From: Octopus bimaculoides | Lineage: Eukaryota | Length of the DNA: 64,000 nt | Reading direction: 5' to 3' | Assembly (NCBI RefSeq): GCF_001194135.2 | Contig: NC_068982.1 | Coordinates: 152,258,335-152,322,334, forward strand | Part shown: piece after piece, positions 12,523 through 26,180 of the stretch | Numbering within the stretch: the stretch's first letter is position 1 | Layout: every line of letters begins with the position of its first letter | Made by a program: the position numbers and the translations under genes | The notes under the pieces: model-generated | The model's input: only the letters and a program-made list of their open reading frames with translations | Told to the model about the DNA's origin: nothing | The model's database searches: none

Positions 12523-15500
12523 AAGAGTGGGGGATACAAATCAAACAATATGTTTGAAATAAATTTATGCCAAATTATCAGGATTCAAATTTGCAACACC
12601 AGGTTCCTTCTATCAAGTATATTAATAAATTTTGAATATATTTATGAATAATGATTAAAAAGTTAATTAAACTCCGATTTAGAAAATGAATGTTCAGTTA
12701 ATTAAAAGCCTAATAATATATGTCTTGCAAAAGATTAAGCTTTCATTTAATCTCTTGCAAGACATATAATGAAGTGTAAATGAATTTCAACACGTGAGAC
12801 AGAAAACACACTGAAACAGTATTAAGTGGGAAGTCATATTTTTGGCTTTTTTACCCAGAGAACCCGAGATGAGGGTGCTGAGGACAATGGGTATCTAGGG
12901 TTCAAAGGGTTAAGATAGTCATGCTATTTGGTAAAGTTGAACCCAGAGGAACTTGAACTTACCTTATAATGAGATAAAACTAAATATTGCAATGTATTAA
13001 GTTCAAAGATTTATTGATTCTGCTGATAAACTGGGTATTGATTTGAAAAATTTTCATCATCTTCCAGCTGTTGAACTTAAAATCTCCACAAACTTTCTTT
13101 GACTAGGAAGCATATTAAGATTGTTTAGGCTTGAATAATTGGAAGATTTTTACCTTGCTATGGTTCTTACCCTTTACAACATATCATATAGTGATGGTTT
13201 GATATTGGTAAGAAACACTATAGTTGAGTCATCCAAGTCATTGCAATCTATCATTTCTTGAAAACCACCTTAGCTCCATGTATTAAAATAAAAAGTTAAA
13301 TGTTTTGCCTGTTTTCTCTCTCTACACATTGCAGTTATGAATGAGGAGAAAAAAAATAATAAATAAACAAATGAAGTGCATAAGTGAAAAAATGTTAATT
13401 CATTTGAGTGGAAACATGTTTTACATGCATTTTAGTTTTTAAATTCCAACTAATGCTAAGAAACAATATCAAATAGAAAAACAATTTACTGTGTAATGCA
13501 TAAAGTTTATCGTGTTACTTTATGTATTTATATTTCTTAAATGTAAACTTTTGACTGACCTTCATTTACTGCATCATAGGGGTCAGTATCAACCTATTTG
13601 GAGAGTTCTGATTTAAATCAATACACTACAGAGAAATGGAATATGATCGATTACTCTCCTTTATACAGTAGTATTCACATTTCAGTGATGCCAAATCATT
13701 TGCTTATTTTACTATTTCGTTGTACAAAGTTATTTTGCCTACATTTATATTTTCATTGAAGTCTCTTATTTTAAGGGAAAATACAAAGTTCTGATGTTTA
13801 TGGCAGTAACAAACAGAATAATGCAACAATTGTTTGAAATGCAAATTTGTATCAAAGTTAGAAATCCAGTTTAACTTACATTCACACTGCATCAAAAATG
13901 AATTATTATTACACTATAATGTTAAACTAAAGACAATGTGCTGCAGCTGTTTTTCTTTTGGGCCTGACTTGCTTAACTAGACCTAAGTTATTTTGCTGAG
14001 AATCTCTTGTATATCAAGGAATTTGTCTGCTTAGCCATCCACCACCATCAATGACAGCCTGTAATAAGACTAGGCTGCATAGCAGCTATCATTTGACAGC
14101 CTCTAATCAGAATGGGTTATATACCAGCTTATTTCCCCACAGCCTGTAATCAAAATCATTGTGTTGGTCCAATGAAAAAGCAGATTGAAATAATTAATGA
14201 AGTCAGTTGAATCTAACAGTAGCTTCACCAGAAGCATAGTTCAAGCCAATGAAAACATTTATCAATTTGTATTTTTTTTAATACTATATCAGCAAATTAT
14301 TTTTGCTCTATGATAGCTATTTACAGCTAGAAGTATAAGACTATAAAATCCAGCTTTTTGTTCACATCACTATACAATACTATTAACAAGACATGAACCC
14401 TAAATTTCTTGTTTTTTATACTCTACAATTAACTTTCAGTACTTAAACCTCATTACTTGGGACCACAGGGTGATCTAATCCAGTGAGTCTTTTGTTGCTG
14501 AAGCAAAATTAACTTGGAGTTCTGTTCAGATATAGTCCAATCTTGAGGGCTGCTACATCAGATGTCTGTTTGACCTTAGGGCGAATATTTCTCACAGCTG
14601 AGTAATACGTTTGGTTGACTGATGCTTAATGTTGGAATATAATTTAGATGAAGTCTATTAGACATCACGGCCTGAATTAAAACCAAAAATCACATATTTC
14701 TGATCTGAGTATATACATGATTTCATCTTGTAGTCTTAATCAACTTTGTATATATATAGTGTTGTTTAACCCTAGGTAAGCTCTGATCAAGTGGACGCTA
14801 TGAATAAAGAATTCTAGTCATGACCTATCCATGGCATTTTCAGATTGTCTCTGGAATTACATTATCTAATGCATCTTTGTTTTTAAAATGGTGAATTGCA
14901 GCTTGGTGAGTTTGGCTGCTTCTCCCAGAAGGTCAAGTACCAAAGAAGGAGGTTGTAGGCATGTGATATATAAAGTTGGTAGCAGCTGTATAGTAGAACA
15001 ATTTATCAAAGGCCACATAACTTGTAACCAAAACAACAGTAATTGTTAATGGTGATTTTACAATGTAAAATTACAAAAATACACATTTTGTCAAAGAACC
15101 AACTATCCTCTCATAAATTAAGTACTTAAATTATTAGTGAGTGTATCCTTTTTTGTTTTAACTTGCATAAATATTTTACATTAAAAATTTTAGCAGCCAA
15201 ATCAACCACATTTCATCAAAATAACATTACATGTCCAGGTACTATAATATAATTTCATGCTTTTAGGTTAGTTTTCTACCCATTTTCTTCCCAACCACAT
15301 AATTTTGGGTTCAATCCCACTGCATGATACCTTCTACAGCCCAAGACTGACCAAAGCCTTGAGTAAATTTGGTAGATGGAAACTGAAACTCATGTGTGTC
15401 TGTATGCATGGTTTTGCATTTCATTCTCATGTTTTGCTCACTGGTTTGTAAACAATGGCTTCACTAATGCTGTCATTTGCTTGCAGTCTACTACAAAAGT

Positions 15501-15959
15501 GGACATGGTTCATTGGCATGTCATGCCATCTTTGTAAACAAAGGCTTTTTACAATGTCATTTGCTTTCAGTTCCTCACATAATCAAATCCAGGCTTGTAG
15601 AGGACTCAGAAGTTATTAGCTCGTTTGGAAATAAGTGGAGGTTGAAGCTGGCAAGTCAGAAGACTGTGTTCTGGCATCATTTCTATGGCTGAATACCCTT
15701 CCTAACACCAACCACTTTAAAGAGTGTGCTGGGTATTTTTTATGTGGCACCAACAGCAGTTAGGTCATGAAGCAACAAGACCACTCAACTGAAGAAAGTG
15801 GCTTCGTGCCAGGTGATGAGAGGTTAGAGTATGAATAGAGGGACAGAAATAGTTGTCTTGCAGTTGAGATCTGTAGCTACTGCAGTTGGAGAGGATTTCC
15901 CTGAGTATTTAAAGAAATCTATTTCCTATGTGTTAATGCTTTGTTTTCCTGTACATGTC

Positions 15960-16198
15960 TGTTGTGTCAACGCCCCCAAGCGAAGAAGTAAGATTGCCCA
16001 AGACATATAAATAGAGGTAGTCTAGCCGTGGTTGAGGAGTTGAGTAGCCATCGTATAGCGATTGAGTAGAGACCATCCGAAGGTGCTAGATAGCAGTAGC
16101 TTGAGACATAACAGTGGCAACGAGGATGAGACTACCACGGCTAGACTATTTATGTCTTGGGTGATCCTACTTCTTCGCTTGGGGGCGTCGACACAACA
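15960..16198. mobile_element. 239-bp MITE, TGT..ACA termini, ~65-73-bp TIRs, ATGTC TSD
   Basis: TIRs at 15960-16032 and 16134-16198; ATGTC at 15955-15959 and 16199-16203. Confidence 0.9.
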
Positions 16199-16389
16199 AT
16201 GTCACACACAAACACAGACTACTTTCTCTGTGAGCTTGCATTGAATACACTGTACAGAATTTCTACCATAGTGGAACTCCCATGGACAACCAGTTTTAAA
16301 TTCCTCTTCTATGTCTCAGATGACTATGATAAACAAGGGGGTTCCAAGAACCAAGCCTTAGTGAACTACCTGCACACTATAATTCATTG

Positions 16390-16960
16390 CCAATTTCGAC
16401 CTTATTGACAACATCTCTAGTACATGACTTGGCTGGCTCTTGCCAACCACTCATCTACCTCTAGCTTCCACAGCAACCACCAGAAGAAACTGTCAAAGGC
16501 TTTCTCCATGTTGAAAAATACCAAATACAGCAATTAATTTTTGGCTAAATGCTTCTCTTGCAGTTGCCTTTCTAAGATAACATCAGTAGTGCTCCTCCCT
16601 AGTACTAAACTCAACTACATCTCATCTCAATTAACTCACTACTCAATTAGTTGAGTTATGGCTGTTTCTGTAATTTTCATGGCTTATCCAGCAATTTGAT
16701 ACCTTTCATTACCTGTCTAAAGCGTCTCCTTCAATATTGTAGCAGTTGACTATGGGCAACCAGGCTGTATCCTATTCCACAACATATTTTAAGCATTTCA
16801 GTAGTCATTCCTGACGGGCCAGATGCTTCCCTTGTCTTCATATCCTTAATTGGTTTATCCATCATGTTACAGTCAACAAGGATAGTTTGTCCTTCTGATG
16901 GGTTCACATTAGGAACACTCTTCTTTCCCTGCATTCTCCACATTTAGCAGCCTTTCAATA
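16390..16960 (-). mobile_element. RTE ORF2 fragment (pre-RT region)
   Basis: KDMKTREASGPSGMTTEMLK; similar to part of 35.2-36.7 kb. Confidence 0.65.
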
Positions 16961-17088
16961 GAGGCACTGCCATGCTTCTTAGGAGAGGCATGGAATTATG
17001 TATATTCTTAAATGTTACACTGAATTTATCAAATGAGAAACAGCTAAAAATAATCAATAAACATAATAACACATAAGTAGTTGCATTT

Positions 17089-17380
17089 CATCATCATCGT
17101 TTAACGTCTGCCTTCCATGCTAGCATGGGTTGGACGATTTGACTGAGGACTGGTGAAACCGGATGGCAACACCAGGCTCCAATCTAATTTGGCAGAGTTT
17201 CTACAGCTGGATGCCCTTCCTAACGCCAACCACTCAGAGTGTAGTGGGTGCTTTTACGTGTCACCCGCACGAAAACGGCCACGCTCGAAATGGTGTCTTT
17301 TATGTGCCACCCGCACAAGAGCCAGTCCAGGGGCACTGGCAACGATCTCGCTCGAAAACCCTACAAGGCCAGTCAGGCGG
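17089..17380 (-). mobile_element. young RTE-tail copy
   Basis: (CAT)n cgtttaacgt..catgctagcatgggttggacg; near-identical to 40409, 43062 (rc), 60100 and 62664 copies. Confidence 0.85.
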
Positions 17381-17405
17381 TATATATATATATATATATA
17401 TATAT

Positions 17406-17955
17406 NNNNNNNNNNNNNNNNNNNNNNNNNNNNNNNNNNNNNNNNNNNNNNNNNNNNNNNNNNNNNNNNNNNNNNNNNNNNNNNNNNNNNNNNNNNNNNN
17501 NNNNNNNNNNNNNNNNNNNNNNNNNNNNNNNNNNNNNNNNNNNNNNNNNNNNNNNNNNNNNNNNNNNNNNNNNNNNNNNNNNNNNNNNNNNNNNNNNNNN
17601 NNNNNNNNNNNNNNNNNNNNNNNNNNNNNNNNNNNNNNNNNNNNNNNNNNNNNNNNNNNNNNNNNNNNNNNNNNNNNNNNNNNNNNNNNNNNNNNNNNNN
17701 NNNNNNNNNNNNNNNNNNNNNNNNNNNNNNNNNNNNNNNNNNNNNNNNNNNNNNNNNNNNNNNNNNNNNNNNNNNNNNNNNNNNNNNNNNNNNNNNNNNN
17801 NNNNNNNNNNNNNNNNNNNNNNNNNNNNNNNNNNNNNNNNNNNNNNNNNNNNNNNNNNNNNNNNNNNNNNNNNNNNNNNNNNNNNNNNNNNNNNNNNNNN
17901 NNNNNNNNNNNNNNNNNNNNNNNNNNNNNNNNNNNNNNNNNNNNNNNNNNNNNNN
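17406..17955. other. assembly gap, 550 N (others: 4330-4339, 9557-9567, 18726-18830, 34188-34254)
   Basis: N runs. Confidence 1.
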
Positions 17956-18195
17956 CCCGCACGAAAACGGCCACGCTCGAAATGGTGTCTTTTATGTGCC
18001 ACCCGCACAAGAGCCAGTCCAGGGGCACTGGCAACGATCTCGCTCGAAAAACCTCATGTGTCACCCGCACAAGAGCCAGCCCAGGGGCACCGGCAACAAT
18101 CCCGCTTGGAAGATTTCATGTGTCGCCCGCACATGAGCCAATCCAGGGGCACTGGCAACGATCCCGCTCGAAAGACTTCATGTGTCGTCCGCACA
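17956..18195. repeat. ~60-bp tandem repeat (RTE 3'UTR type), about 4 units
   Basis: cccgcac..gagcca..ccaggggcac..ggcaac unit recurs. Confidence 0.85.
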
Positions 18196-18889
18196 TTATC
18201 TTTTTCAGAAAGGAAATTAATGCATTTTGGAATTTTATAGCCAATAATTTTTATCAACTAATTTCTTTCTATAGAACATAGCATTTAGGTAAACTGTAAT
18301 ATGTTAGATATTGCAACCATTAAGAACATCATCCTAGGCAGATTAACTAAATCAAACAAGAGTACTTCTTGAACACATTATTTGTTCATGTACAAACTTT
18401 GTTTTTCTAAGTATTTATATACTACAGCAGGAAAATTTGAGTAAATATCTGAAACTTATGATGTTAATATTGTTAATTAAAATAAACTTGTTTTGTTACA
18501 TTACTTTCAGTTTGAGTCTTTCTTATAACAAATACAGGACGAACCATAAGGGTATTATTTCAAATCATGGATGCAAGCTTGGCTGTGGGGTGAAGTTCAT
18601 TTCATAACTGTCACTTTCAGGTTCAATGCTACTGAGTGTCAGCTTTAGGGGTGTCTCTTAGGATTGATTGATTACTAGCTTACTGATCTAAACTAAAGAC
18701 AAAATATCTATTTATGATGACCCCCNNNNNNNNNNNNNNNNNNNNNNNNNNNNNNNNNNNNNNNNNNNNNNNNNNNNNNNNNNNNNNNNNNNNNNNNNNN
18801 NNNNNNNNNNNNNNNNNNNNNNNNNNNNNNATTTTTTTTTTATGATGCAAATATTTTTACTGGTTGTTATAAGTATATACATATGTATA

Positions 18890-18915
18890 CATACACAAAC
18901 ACACACATATATTTT

Positions 18916-18978
<63 letters not shown>

Positions 18979-19318
18979 GCACACACTCACATATGTATGA
19001 ATCTTCATATATGCAGAGTAGGAGAGTAATAGATAAAGATTGAGAAAAAAAAATGTCAAAGTATCCATTATACTATTAAAATGAGTGTGACTGGGATTGT
19101 TGCACTACCAATATCATATATGAACTCAGAGAAGAGTGAGGCAGAATATCAAACCACATTGTAGAAGGTTGTGAAATGGATAAGATGATAAAGACTATAT
19201 GTAGGGATAAACTGCAGGGATAAGTCAGAGAATGATTATAATGACTGATAAAGACAAGTTAAATTTTTAAAAAAATATAAAATAAGGAGAAAAAAAAAAG
19301 ATTTGCAGATAAACTGCC

Positions 19319-19350
<32 letters not shown>
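18890..19350. repeat. (TA)n/(CA)n ~18890-18990 and (AAT)n ~19319-19350
   Basis: Seen directly. Confidence 0.9.
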
Positions 19351-21111
19351 GGCTAGGATATCTCTAAGAAAACCTGACATAATTTGTTAAAACTTAGAAC
19401 AACTTAAATTGTTTTCCATTTCATATTATTTACGCTAGGGATAAGACCCAAGATAGGTATAGCCATATGAATTTAGAATATAGAGGGACAACAATGACAA
19501 AGATATCTCCAAAAGTTCACAAAGTAAATAAGATCTTAATTTAGGGGCCATATATAGTATATGAAAAGATTCTGACTTAGGGAGGTGAGTGGGTGTGTGT
19601 AGAGAGAGAGATGGAGAGGAAGAGAGTGAGACAAGCAGACAGAGTAAAAGAAAGAGCAAGTACTTCTCCTACTCTGCTTCAAGAACAGTTATCTGTGTGA
19701 AGTGGGCCTTCATTGAGGTAGATTGGCATTATGTCATCAAACAGATATTGGTTGTTTTTGTTTATCTTTCTTTCATCAAGTCAGTCAGAGAAATGACCAA
19801 GTATATTCAACAATCTGGAACCAGTAATGATCAGCACTGTTGGTCATTTGATAATGCTCAAAAATCTCAGAAATTTAATGCCAGTTTCTTTTTGTTTTCT
19901 TTCTTTTCTTCTTAGAATTTTTCTTTCTTTTTCAAAACTCAATATATAACATTTCCTTTGGTTCATAATTTGTTTCAATGTATTATTTTTTAATTTTTTT
20001 AAATATAATATAGGTATGGTTTCATTTCTAAACAATGATTTATGTATATGATATATATATATATATATATGTTTATATATATATCCTGTAAGTTCATTCA
20101 CAGCCTTTTTTTTTTTATCAGAAAGATTATTTACAGTGAAAATTTTTAATTAAAACCTGAGAATAGAAATTTGATTAGGGCATTAATATATATATAAAAA
20201 AAAATCATGAAACTCTTGATGAGGTTATTGAGTAGTTAACTATGAAACCAAGAAGCAACTACAATATAGCAAGAAGACAGCTAAAGTTCAATAATGAAAG
20301 TTCAACCATTTACATAAAGTCAGCTTCATCAGGTCCAACTTTCAAATACATACACTCAGGCATGCACACACAGTCATTTTATCTTTTGCACAAGAGAGTG
20401 TATTCATACTTAACAAGTGAAATTTGTCTTTTATGTTAAGTAGTTGCCATTGCATTGCAATCATACTTATACACAGAATTTGGTAAATATTGCCAAATAT
20501 TTCAAGTATTCAATATTCATCTTTCCAGACATTGAGCAATTAATCATTAGAGTTTAAAAGACAACATCAGATAATCTGCAAAGAAGGGAGAAATTAATCC
20601 TATACATGAAATACATGGATGCTGTTAGATCTACTTGGATTTTGAGTAAACAGCATCTTGCATTTTCGTTTCTTTTTTATTCTTTTTGAAGGAAAGGAAG
20701 TAGAGGAACATAATACTTACTGTGGTTTAGTAACATTACCAGTACTATTCAGCAGTGACAGCAAGAGACCAGGAATGAATTCAGCTTGTTGTAGCAGTAG
20801 TAGTAACTAGCCTGTAGTGAATACCAGTGGCCATAATAGACCCATATAACAGAAAAACTGAGATTTGTTTAGATTTGCCAACACAGTAATACTGTGATGG
20901 ATGTCAAACATTAACTTTTTAAATATTACTAAATGGGTTTGCTTTCAAAATTTATACAAATATACTTGCTTTCCTTAACCAGTCACATTAGTAAAGTGCC
21001 AGAAAAGAAAGCCCAAAGATCCAACTAGTAATGTTGCTGAAAGCTAAAATACTTCCAGATTCTCTAATCTCAGTTTGCTGTGGTTTTCAAAGTAGGAAGT
21101 AAAAGTTTATC

Positions 21112-21121
21112 TTTATTTATT
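21112..21121 (-). terminator. candidate polyadenylation signal (overlapping AATAAA pair)
   Basis: AATAAATAAA 10-19 nt after the stop codon; such motifs are common in AT-rich DNA. Confidence 0.3.
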
Positions 21122-21130
21122 TACTGCCTG

Positions 21131-21244
21131 TCACCTGGAAATTGTCTTCACAAAGCCATCAATATTGAGTCCAAGCTGCTGACAACGCTGGATAATCTGC
21201 AGCACATTGGACTTGGCTCCAATAGTCACTTCAAACAACAGGAA
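21131..21244 (-). CDS. ZFC3H1: ZFC3H1 last coding exon, FLLFEVTIG..FVKTISR*
   Basis: ttatctag acceptor, phase 0, TGA at 21133-21131. Confidence 0.92.
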   Translation of the reverse strand, partial: FLLFEVTIGAKSNVLQIIQRCQQLGLNIDGFVKTISR

Positions 21245-22076
21245 CTAGATAAAGATAAATAAACAGAAAATGAAAAAAAATATAAAGTGAGAATAAGATG
21301 ATGAAGAAAAGGAACTAAAACAATGGTTATCAATAGATATCTACAATTATATATTTACTAAAGTATCTTGGACTCTAAGTTCAGAAATATATATATATAT
21401 ATATATACGACTATTTTTTCTCTGTTAATAGAATGGCCTAAGATAAACTACATTGTAGCTGCTTTTTCTTTTGACCTTACATATTAACTAGTAAAAAAAG
21501 AAGTACAGTACTTTAAATCACTGATCTTAAGAAAGTTTTGGTTTCAATAACCAAAGAAGTTGGCCAAATATAAATATACAAACTTTAAGTTGAGAAAATA
21601 CACAATTCAAGAAAAATAAATAATGTCAACATACAATGGTAATACAGTGTTAAGCATATATAACTAAGATATATATACAAAGATTGGTAACTTAAAGCCA
21701 TTACTTAATCAGACTTGGTAAAGAACATTCTTCAAGGAGAAAATACAAAGAAAATGAAATTGCAAAAATGGATTGGTTTATTTAAAAGAGAATCAAAATG
21801 GAAATAAAAGCTACTGGTTTCTACAAACGAAATACATAAGCTCATTCTTTTAAAAATTTCATTTGTAAATTTTATTTATTTTTGTCCAAAAGAATTTATT
21901 AGAAAAAAAAAGGTGAGTAATGAAGAATTTAATACTAATTGGTATCAATAATAACTAGCTTTTAGCTAGACAAAATAATTTAATAACTATATACATGTCC
22001 CCACCAACCAACTAAACTAAACTGTGGACTACTGAATGGAGGGAGAGGGTTAAAAATTGATAAAAATCTTTGTTAC

Positions 22077-22139
22077 ATGTTTCCACAATGATACAGCATA
22101 GGGTAGCACTCGGACAGCTTTGATAAATAATTGTTGCAC
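22077..22139 (-). CDS. ZFC3H1: ZFC3H1 exon w25, 63 nt, VQQLFIKAVRVLPYAVSLWKH
   Basis: cttgcag / CAT|gtaaca, phase 0/0. Confidence 0.92.
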
Positions 22140-23384
22140 CTGCAAGCAGAGTGGATAATGACTGATCCATGGAGAAAATCCAAATATTGAATATATATTA
22201 TACATGAATATTGAAAGAAGAGACAAAATAATGTTTGAGCTCATTTGGTTTCATTTAATAAATGTTTAGACCAGAGACTTAAGTTAAAAGGCTAAATAAC
22301 TCACTTTAGAAAAAGTCTACCAAGAACTCATTTGTAGAGAACAGAGACATGGAAGATACTCAGAAGAGTAGCAAATAATCTTTAAATGGTGTATTGTTAA
22401 GCAATTATTATACATTTAGATAAATACTAAAATTTATTATTTGCTAACTCAGCTTAATCTTGGTGCAGCATATCTAATACTATTTCAGATATGACAACAG
22501 TTTACCAGATTTACAAAAAACAATAACATTATCTCATTACTGATCATGTAATATACAATGATAAAGTTATAGTGTATAACAGAATTTTATAATTCAAGAA
22601 AGACTAATAAAATTCCAAGTTATAAACAAGAACAGCCAATCTGGATATAATTTAGCAATACTAACAATCTACTTTCCATCATCCAACTGTACTAGATGCT
22701 GTTAGGGCTATCAATAAAACTGTGTTGAAAATCAGGTTCAAATGGTTTCCTATATTCTTAATTCTTTTCCAAGTTTTCCCTTCACTTTAGTAATGTCTCA
22801 GTAGAAGCAGTGCAGTGTCAGCATATTCTGCAGGAACATGATGGTAATGCAAAATAAGTTAACCAAATGGTTGCAGTTATTTAAATGTGCATATGTTAGG
22901 TGTTTGATCTTACTTCAGTAAGCATCAAATTGTAATTTCTTCTTCCCTTTCCCAACATTGACCTTATGGTTATTGGTGCTGCCCACCTCCTCTTCCAAAG
23001 TCATAAAAGAAATGCTAGCTATATATATGGTGCTGGTAATTGTTGGTTGTCAGTGTAAAATAATTAAAGCTTATGTGCCAAGTTTCATTCCGGGAAGAAA
23101 TAGATAAAAGTAGTTATCTTTTAAGTATCTTTAAAAGCAGTAGCTTTCATTCATTCGTTCTTGCCATATAGTTCACTTCACCTTTGCAGTGAGAAGAATG
23201 TTATCAAAACTCAAGCCATTTTTATTTTATGTAAAAGCTTTACAATCAACATGCTATTTGCAGCTTCAGCAGTTGCTAAAAGTGACACATCCTCCAACAA
23301 ATTATTATGCAAAGCATTGCGATCAGAAATCAACACCTTTACAGCCACAAGATATGATAACTGCAACAATTACAGCTACACAGG

Positions 23385-23780
23385 CATGCCTGTGGTCAAG
23401 AAATTTGCTTCCCAACCACATGGTTTTGCATTCAGTCTCACTGGGTGGCACTTTGGGCAAGTGTCTTCTACTATACCCCAAGGCCAGCTAAAGCCTTGTG
23501 AGAGGATTTTGTAGATGAAAACAGTCATGAGTCTATTTTATAAAATGTGTATATGTGTGTTTGTATGAATATTTGTGTCTCCTTGTCTTAACTTCCACAT
23601 GACAATAGTAAATGAGTGTCACCATCCAAATAATGTCATTCCTTTCAATTGCCTGGCTATGGGGAAATATAAACTTTCACAGAAACAAGTGAGGGTATCT
23701 GGCCATAGAAAATCTGTCTCAACCAAATGTCTGACTCGTGCTAGTACAGAAAAGTGGACAGTAAAACGATGATGATGATA
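23385..23780 (+). mobile_element. tRNA-derived SINE with RTE-like tail
   Basis: A/B-box-like head, gggcaagtgtcttctactata body, (GAT)n end; collinear with 27686-28068. Confidence 0.75.
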
Positions 23781-24174
23781 ATGTTCTATAATCAGATTGT
23801 CAGTGTCAGAGGAATGGGACCCATTGACATCACTAGATAGAACTCTCTTTTCAGTCAGCCATATTAGACATTTTAAGCTGAAAGAATAGCAATTTGTATT
23901 ATCTCATTTCCTGCAGCTTTCCATAAAAAGTATTTTTTCTGTTTTCACCACAGATATTAGTCACTGATTAGTGTAACATCCCAAAAACAACTATAATTCA
24001 CAAGCACTACATTTTTCTACAACATACAACTGCCCAATTGATTTTGCACACACCTGTGCTTCTCACTCACTCTCTATCATACTTCAGCCTTCAATGCCAG
24101 GCATAAAGCCACCTCCACTCCTCTCAAATACATTCCCACTCAATCAAGGTTTTTTCTCCCCTTTCTTTTAAGTT

Positions 24175-24373
24175 ACCTGGTGACCTCAGTGCCAGAGTCA
24201 TGAAAAAAAGTACCCAGTACATTCTGTAAAGTGGTTAGCATCAAGAAGGGCATCTAGCCATAGAAACTGTGCCAGAGTAGACATTGGAACCTGACACAGA
24301 CCTGCGCTCATCAGAGTCTGTCAAACCATCCATCCCATGCCAGCTTAGAAAACAAATATTCGATGATGATGAT
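24175..24373 (+). mobile_element. older RTE-tail/SINE 3' fragment
   Basis: aagaagggcatctagcc..catgccagc..(GAT)n. Confidence 0.65.
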
Positions 24374-26140
24374 TTAAATAAACCTTTCTCTTACAAACAT
24401 TATAATTTTCAAACCTGTAGTTTTATGGCCTTTATAAGAACATGTTATTTAACTGGGATCATATCGCTTTGAATTATTGTACTCACTAAGACCAGATAAG
24501 GTCTACACTACAACTGAAATGTGGAAAATGAAGGAATTGCTGTAATCTTTGACAGCCTATACATTATTTTCTACTGGTGACTCTGATATGATCTAACCAG
24601 CATGCTTTAAAACAGTTCTTAACAGGAGAAATGGAATTCAATACACCAAGTAGGACATACATATTTCTAATGCTGTGAAGCTACATAAATGACTTAAGAC
24701 TAGACAGCTGTGCCAGGCACTTATTAAAGTTTAATAAGTATCATGCACAAAACTCTAGGCCCTTGAGTCACTTAAAAAAGCTTTATAGCTTATATCTATC
24801 ACCTTTATAAGGAAGTTGGGGAATTAACTGACTTTGTGTTGGTTTTGACTGTATTTTGAGAAGTGGCTTCATTTGATTGTAATTCTGGGAAGATGAGTGA
24901 GCCTAAGAATTTATGGGTGACACACAGATGACACATATTGGAGTTGGGTGGGGGTGAATTAAGCGGGTTTGGATGCAGGTGGGGATAATTTGTCAGAAAA
25001 CTAGGGGTTGTTACAGTTGTGGTAGAAAGGTCAGAAAAGTGATAGTACATCCATGTCAAAGAAAAAAAAAAAGGTCTTGCTGAGTTTATCTTTGCTAATA
25101 TATAGTATGGATTATCTGGAGGAATATATTTTAATGCAGTATACAATGTATGTGTGCGTTTGAGTCTGCATGTATAACAGCAGAAGGAATCAACAAGTAG
25201 GTCAAAGCTGGTTCTGAAGAAGCCTATTCTTTTGGGATGTAGATTTTTCCAAAGCCAATGAAGAGAAAATCTGCTGTGACAGCTGATTGGTAAGACATCG
25301 TGCTTCCATTCCCTATTACACTTGAAACTTGGGATAAATCAACATATAAAATAAACAACAAACATAAAACACACAAAAAAAAAAGATAATTCAACAAAAC
25401 AGCAAGTTGTGTCTAGAAACAGTTTTCTTCAGTCTGTTGTGATTAATAAGATCTGAAGCAGGAGGAAGGAAGCCACAAAACTCACACAAATTCAATATCC
25501 ACATGTTTTTGAACATTTAATTTTCATCTCATTGAAATTTGTGAAGTACAAGTAGTAGCAAGTGTGAGTTCAGTGGAGATGAAATAATAAACTAATTTAA
25601 ATTTCAGTTAAAGAATCCAAACAAAGAGATTTCTTTAGCTATTTCTTTATCAAATTATTTGAAACCATTACAATAAAAACTTAAATACTACAAGAAGATT
25701 GCATATCAAGAACACAAGACCAGATATTACTAAGATTTAACAAGAATGCTTCATAAAATTACTGAAAAATTCAGTCTAATAAAAAAAAAAGTGTCATATT
25801 TTATATTCACATAAATATTCTAAAAATACAAGTATATACGATTACTTTGATAATTCAATTAATAATAAATTTAAAGAGGAAATCTAAAATATTGACATAG
25901 ATGAAAAAGATCTCCAAGGAGTCTGCTCCAGTAAAGCAAAATTATAAGTACTTGCTTTGTAATTATTCAACTTCTTTTTCTCTCTACAAATATAAAACTG
26001 TGCCTATATTACAGATTCTCATTATCATTAATTAACATAGGTATATTAAATCTATATCACAGTAAAAAAAATTTTTAATTTTATTTGGCACTAACCTACA
26101 CTAGTGTAAGGAAACAGAGTTACATTGAGAAATTACTAAC

Positions 26141-26180
26141 CTCAATCTGGCTACATCTAAGGACTGTCAATGCAGTTACT
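26141..26180 (-). CDS. ZFC3H1: ZFC3H1 exon w24, 40 nt, VTALTVLRCSQIE
   Basis: gctttcag / GAG|gttagt, phase 2/0; supplies the phase shift needed between w23 and w25. Confidence 0.85.

Noticed and set aside
14054-14165. CRISPR-like repeat-spacer pattern (also 17956-18195)
   Set aside because: Eukaryotic context, no cas genes, and the spacers resemble each other; these are tandem repeats.
14470-14710. Box C/D snoRNA
   Set aside because: No proper RTGATGA box C with terminal stem, and not intronic.
17153-18281. Long ORFs of 211-372 aa
   Set aside because: Artefacts of translating through N runs.
302-21000. Other short ORF-track entries as genes
   Set aside because: No recognisable domains or coherent splice chain; most overlap repeats.
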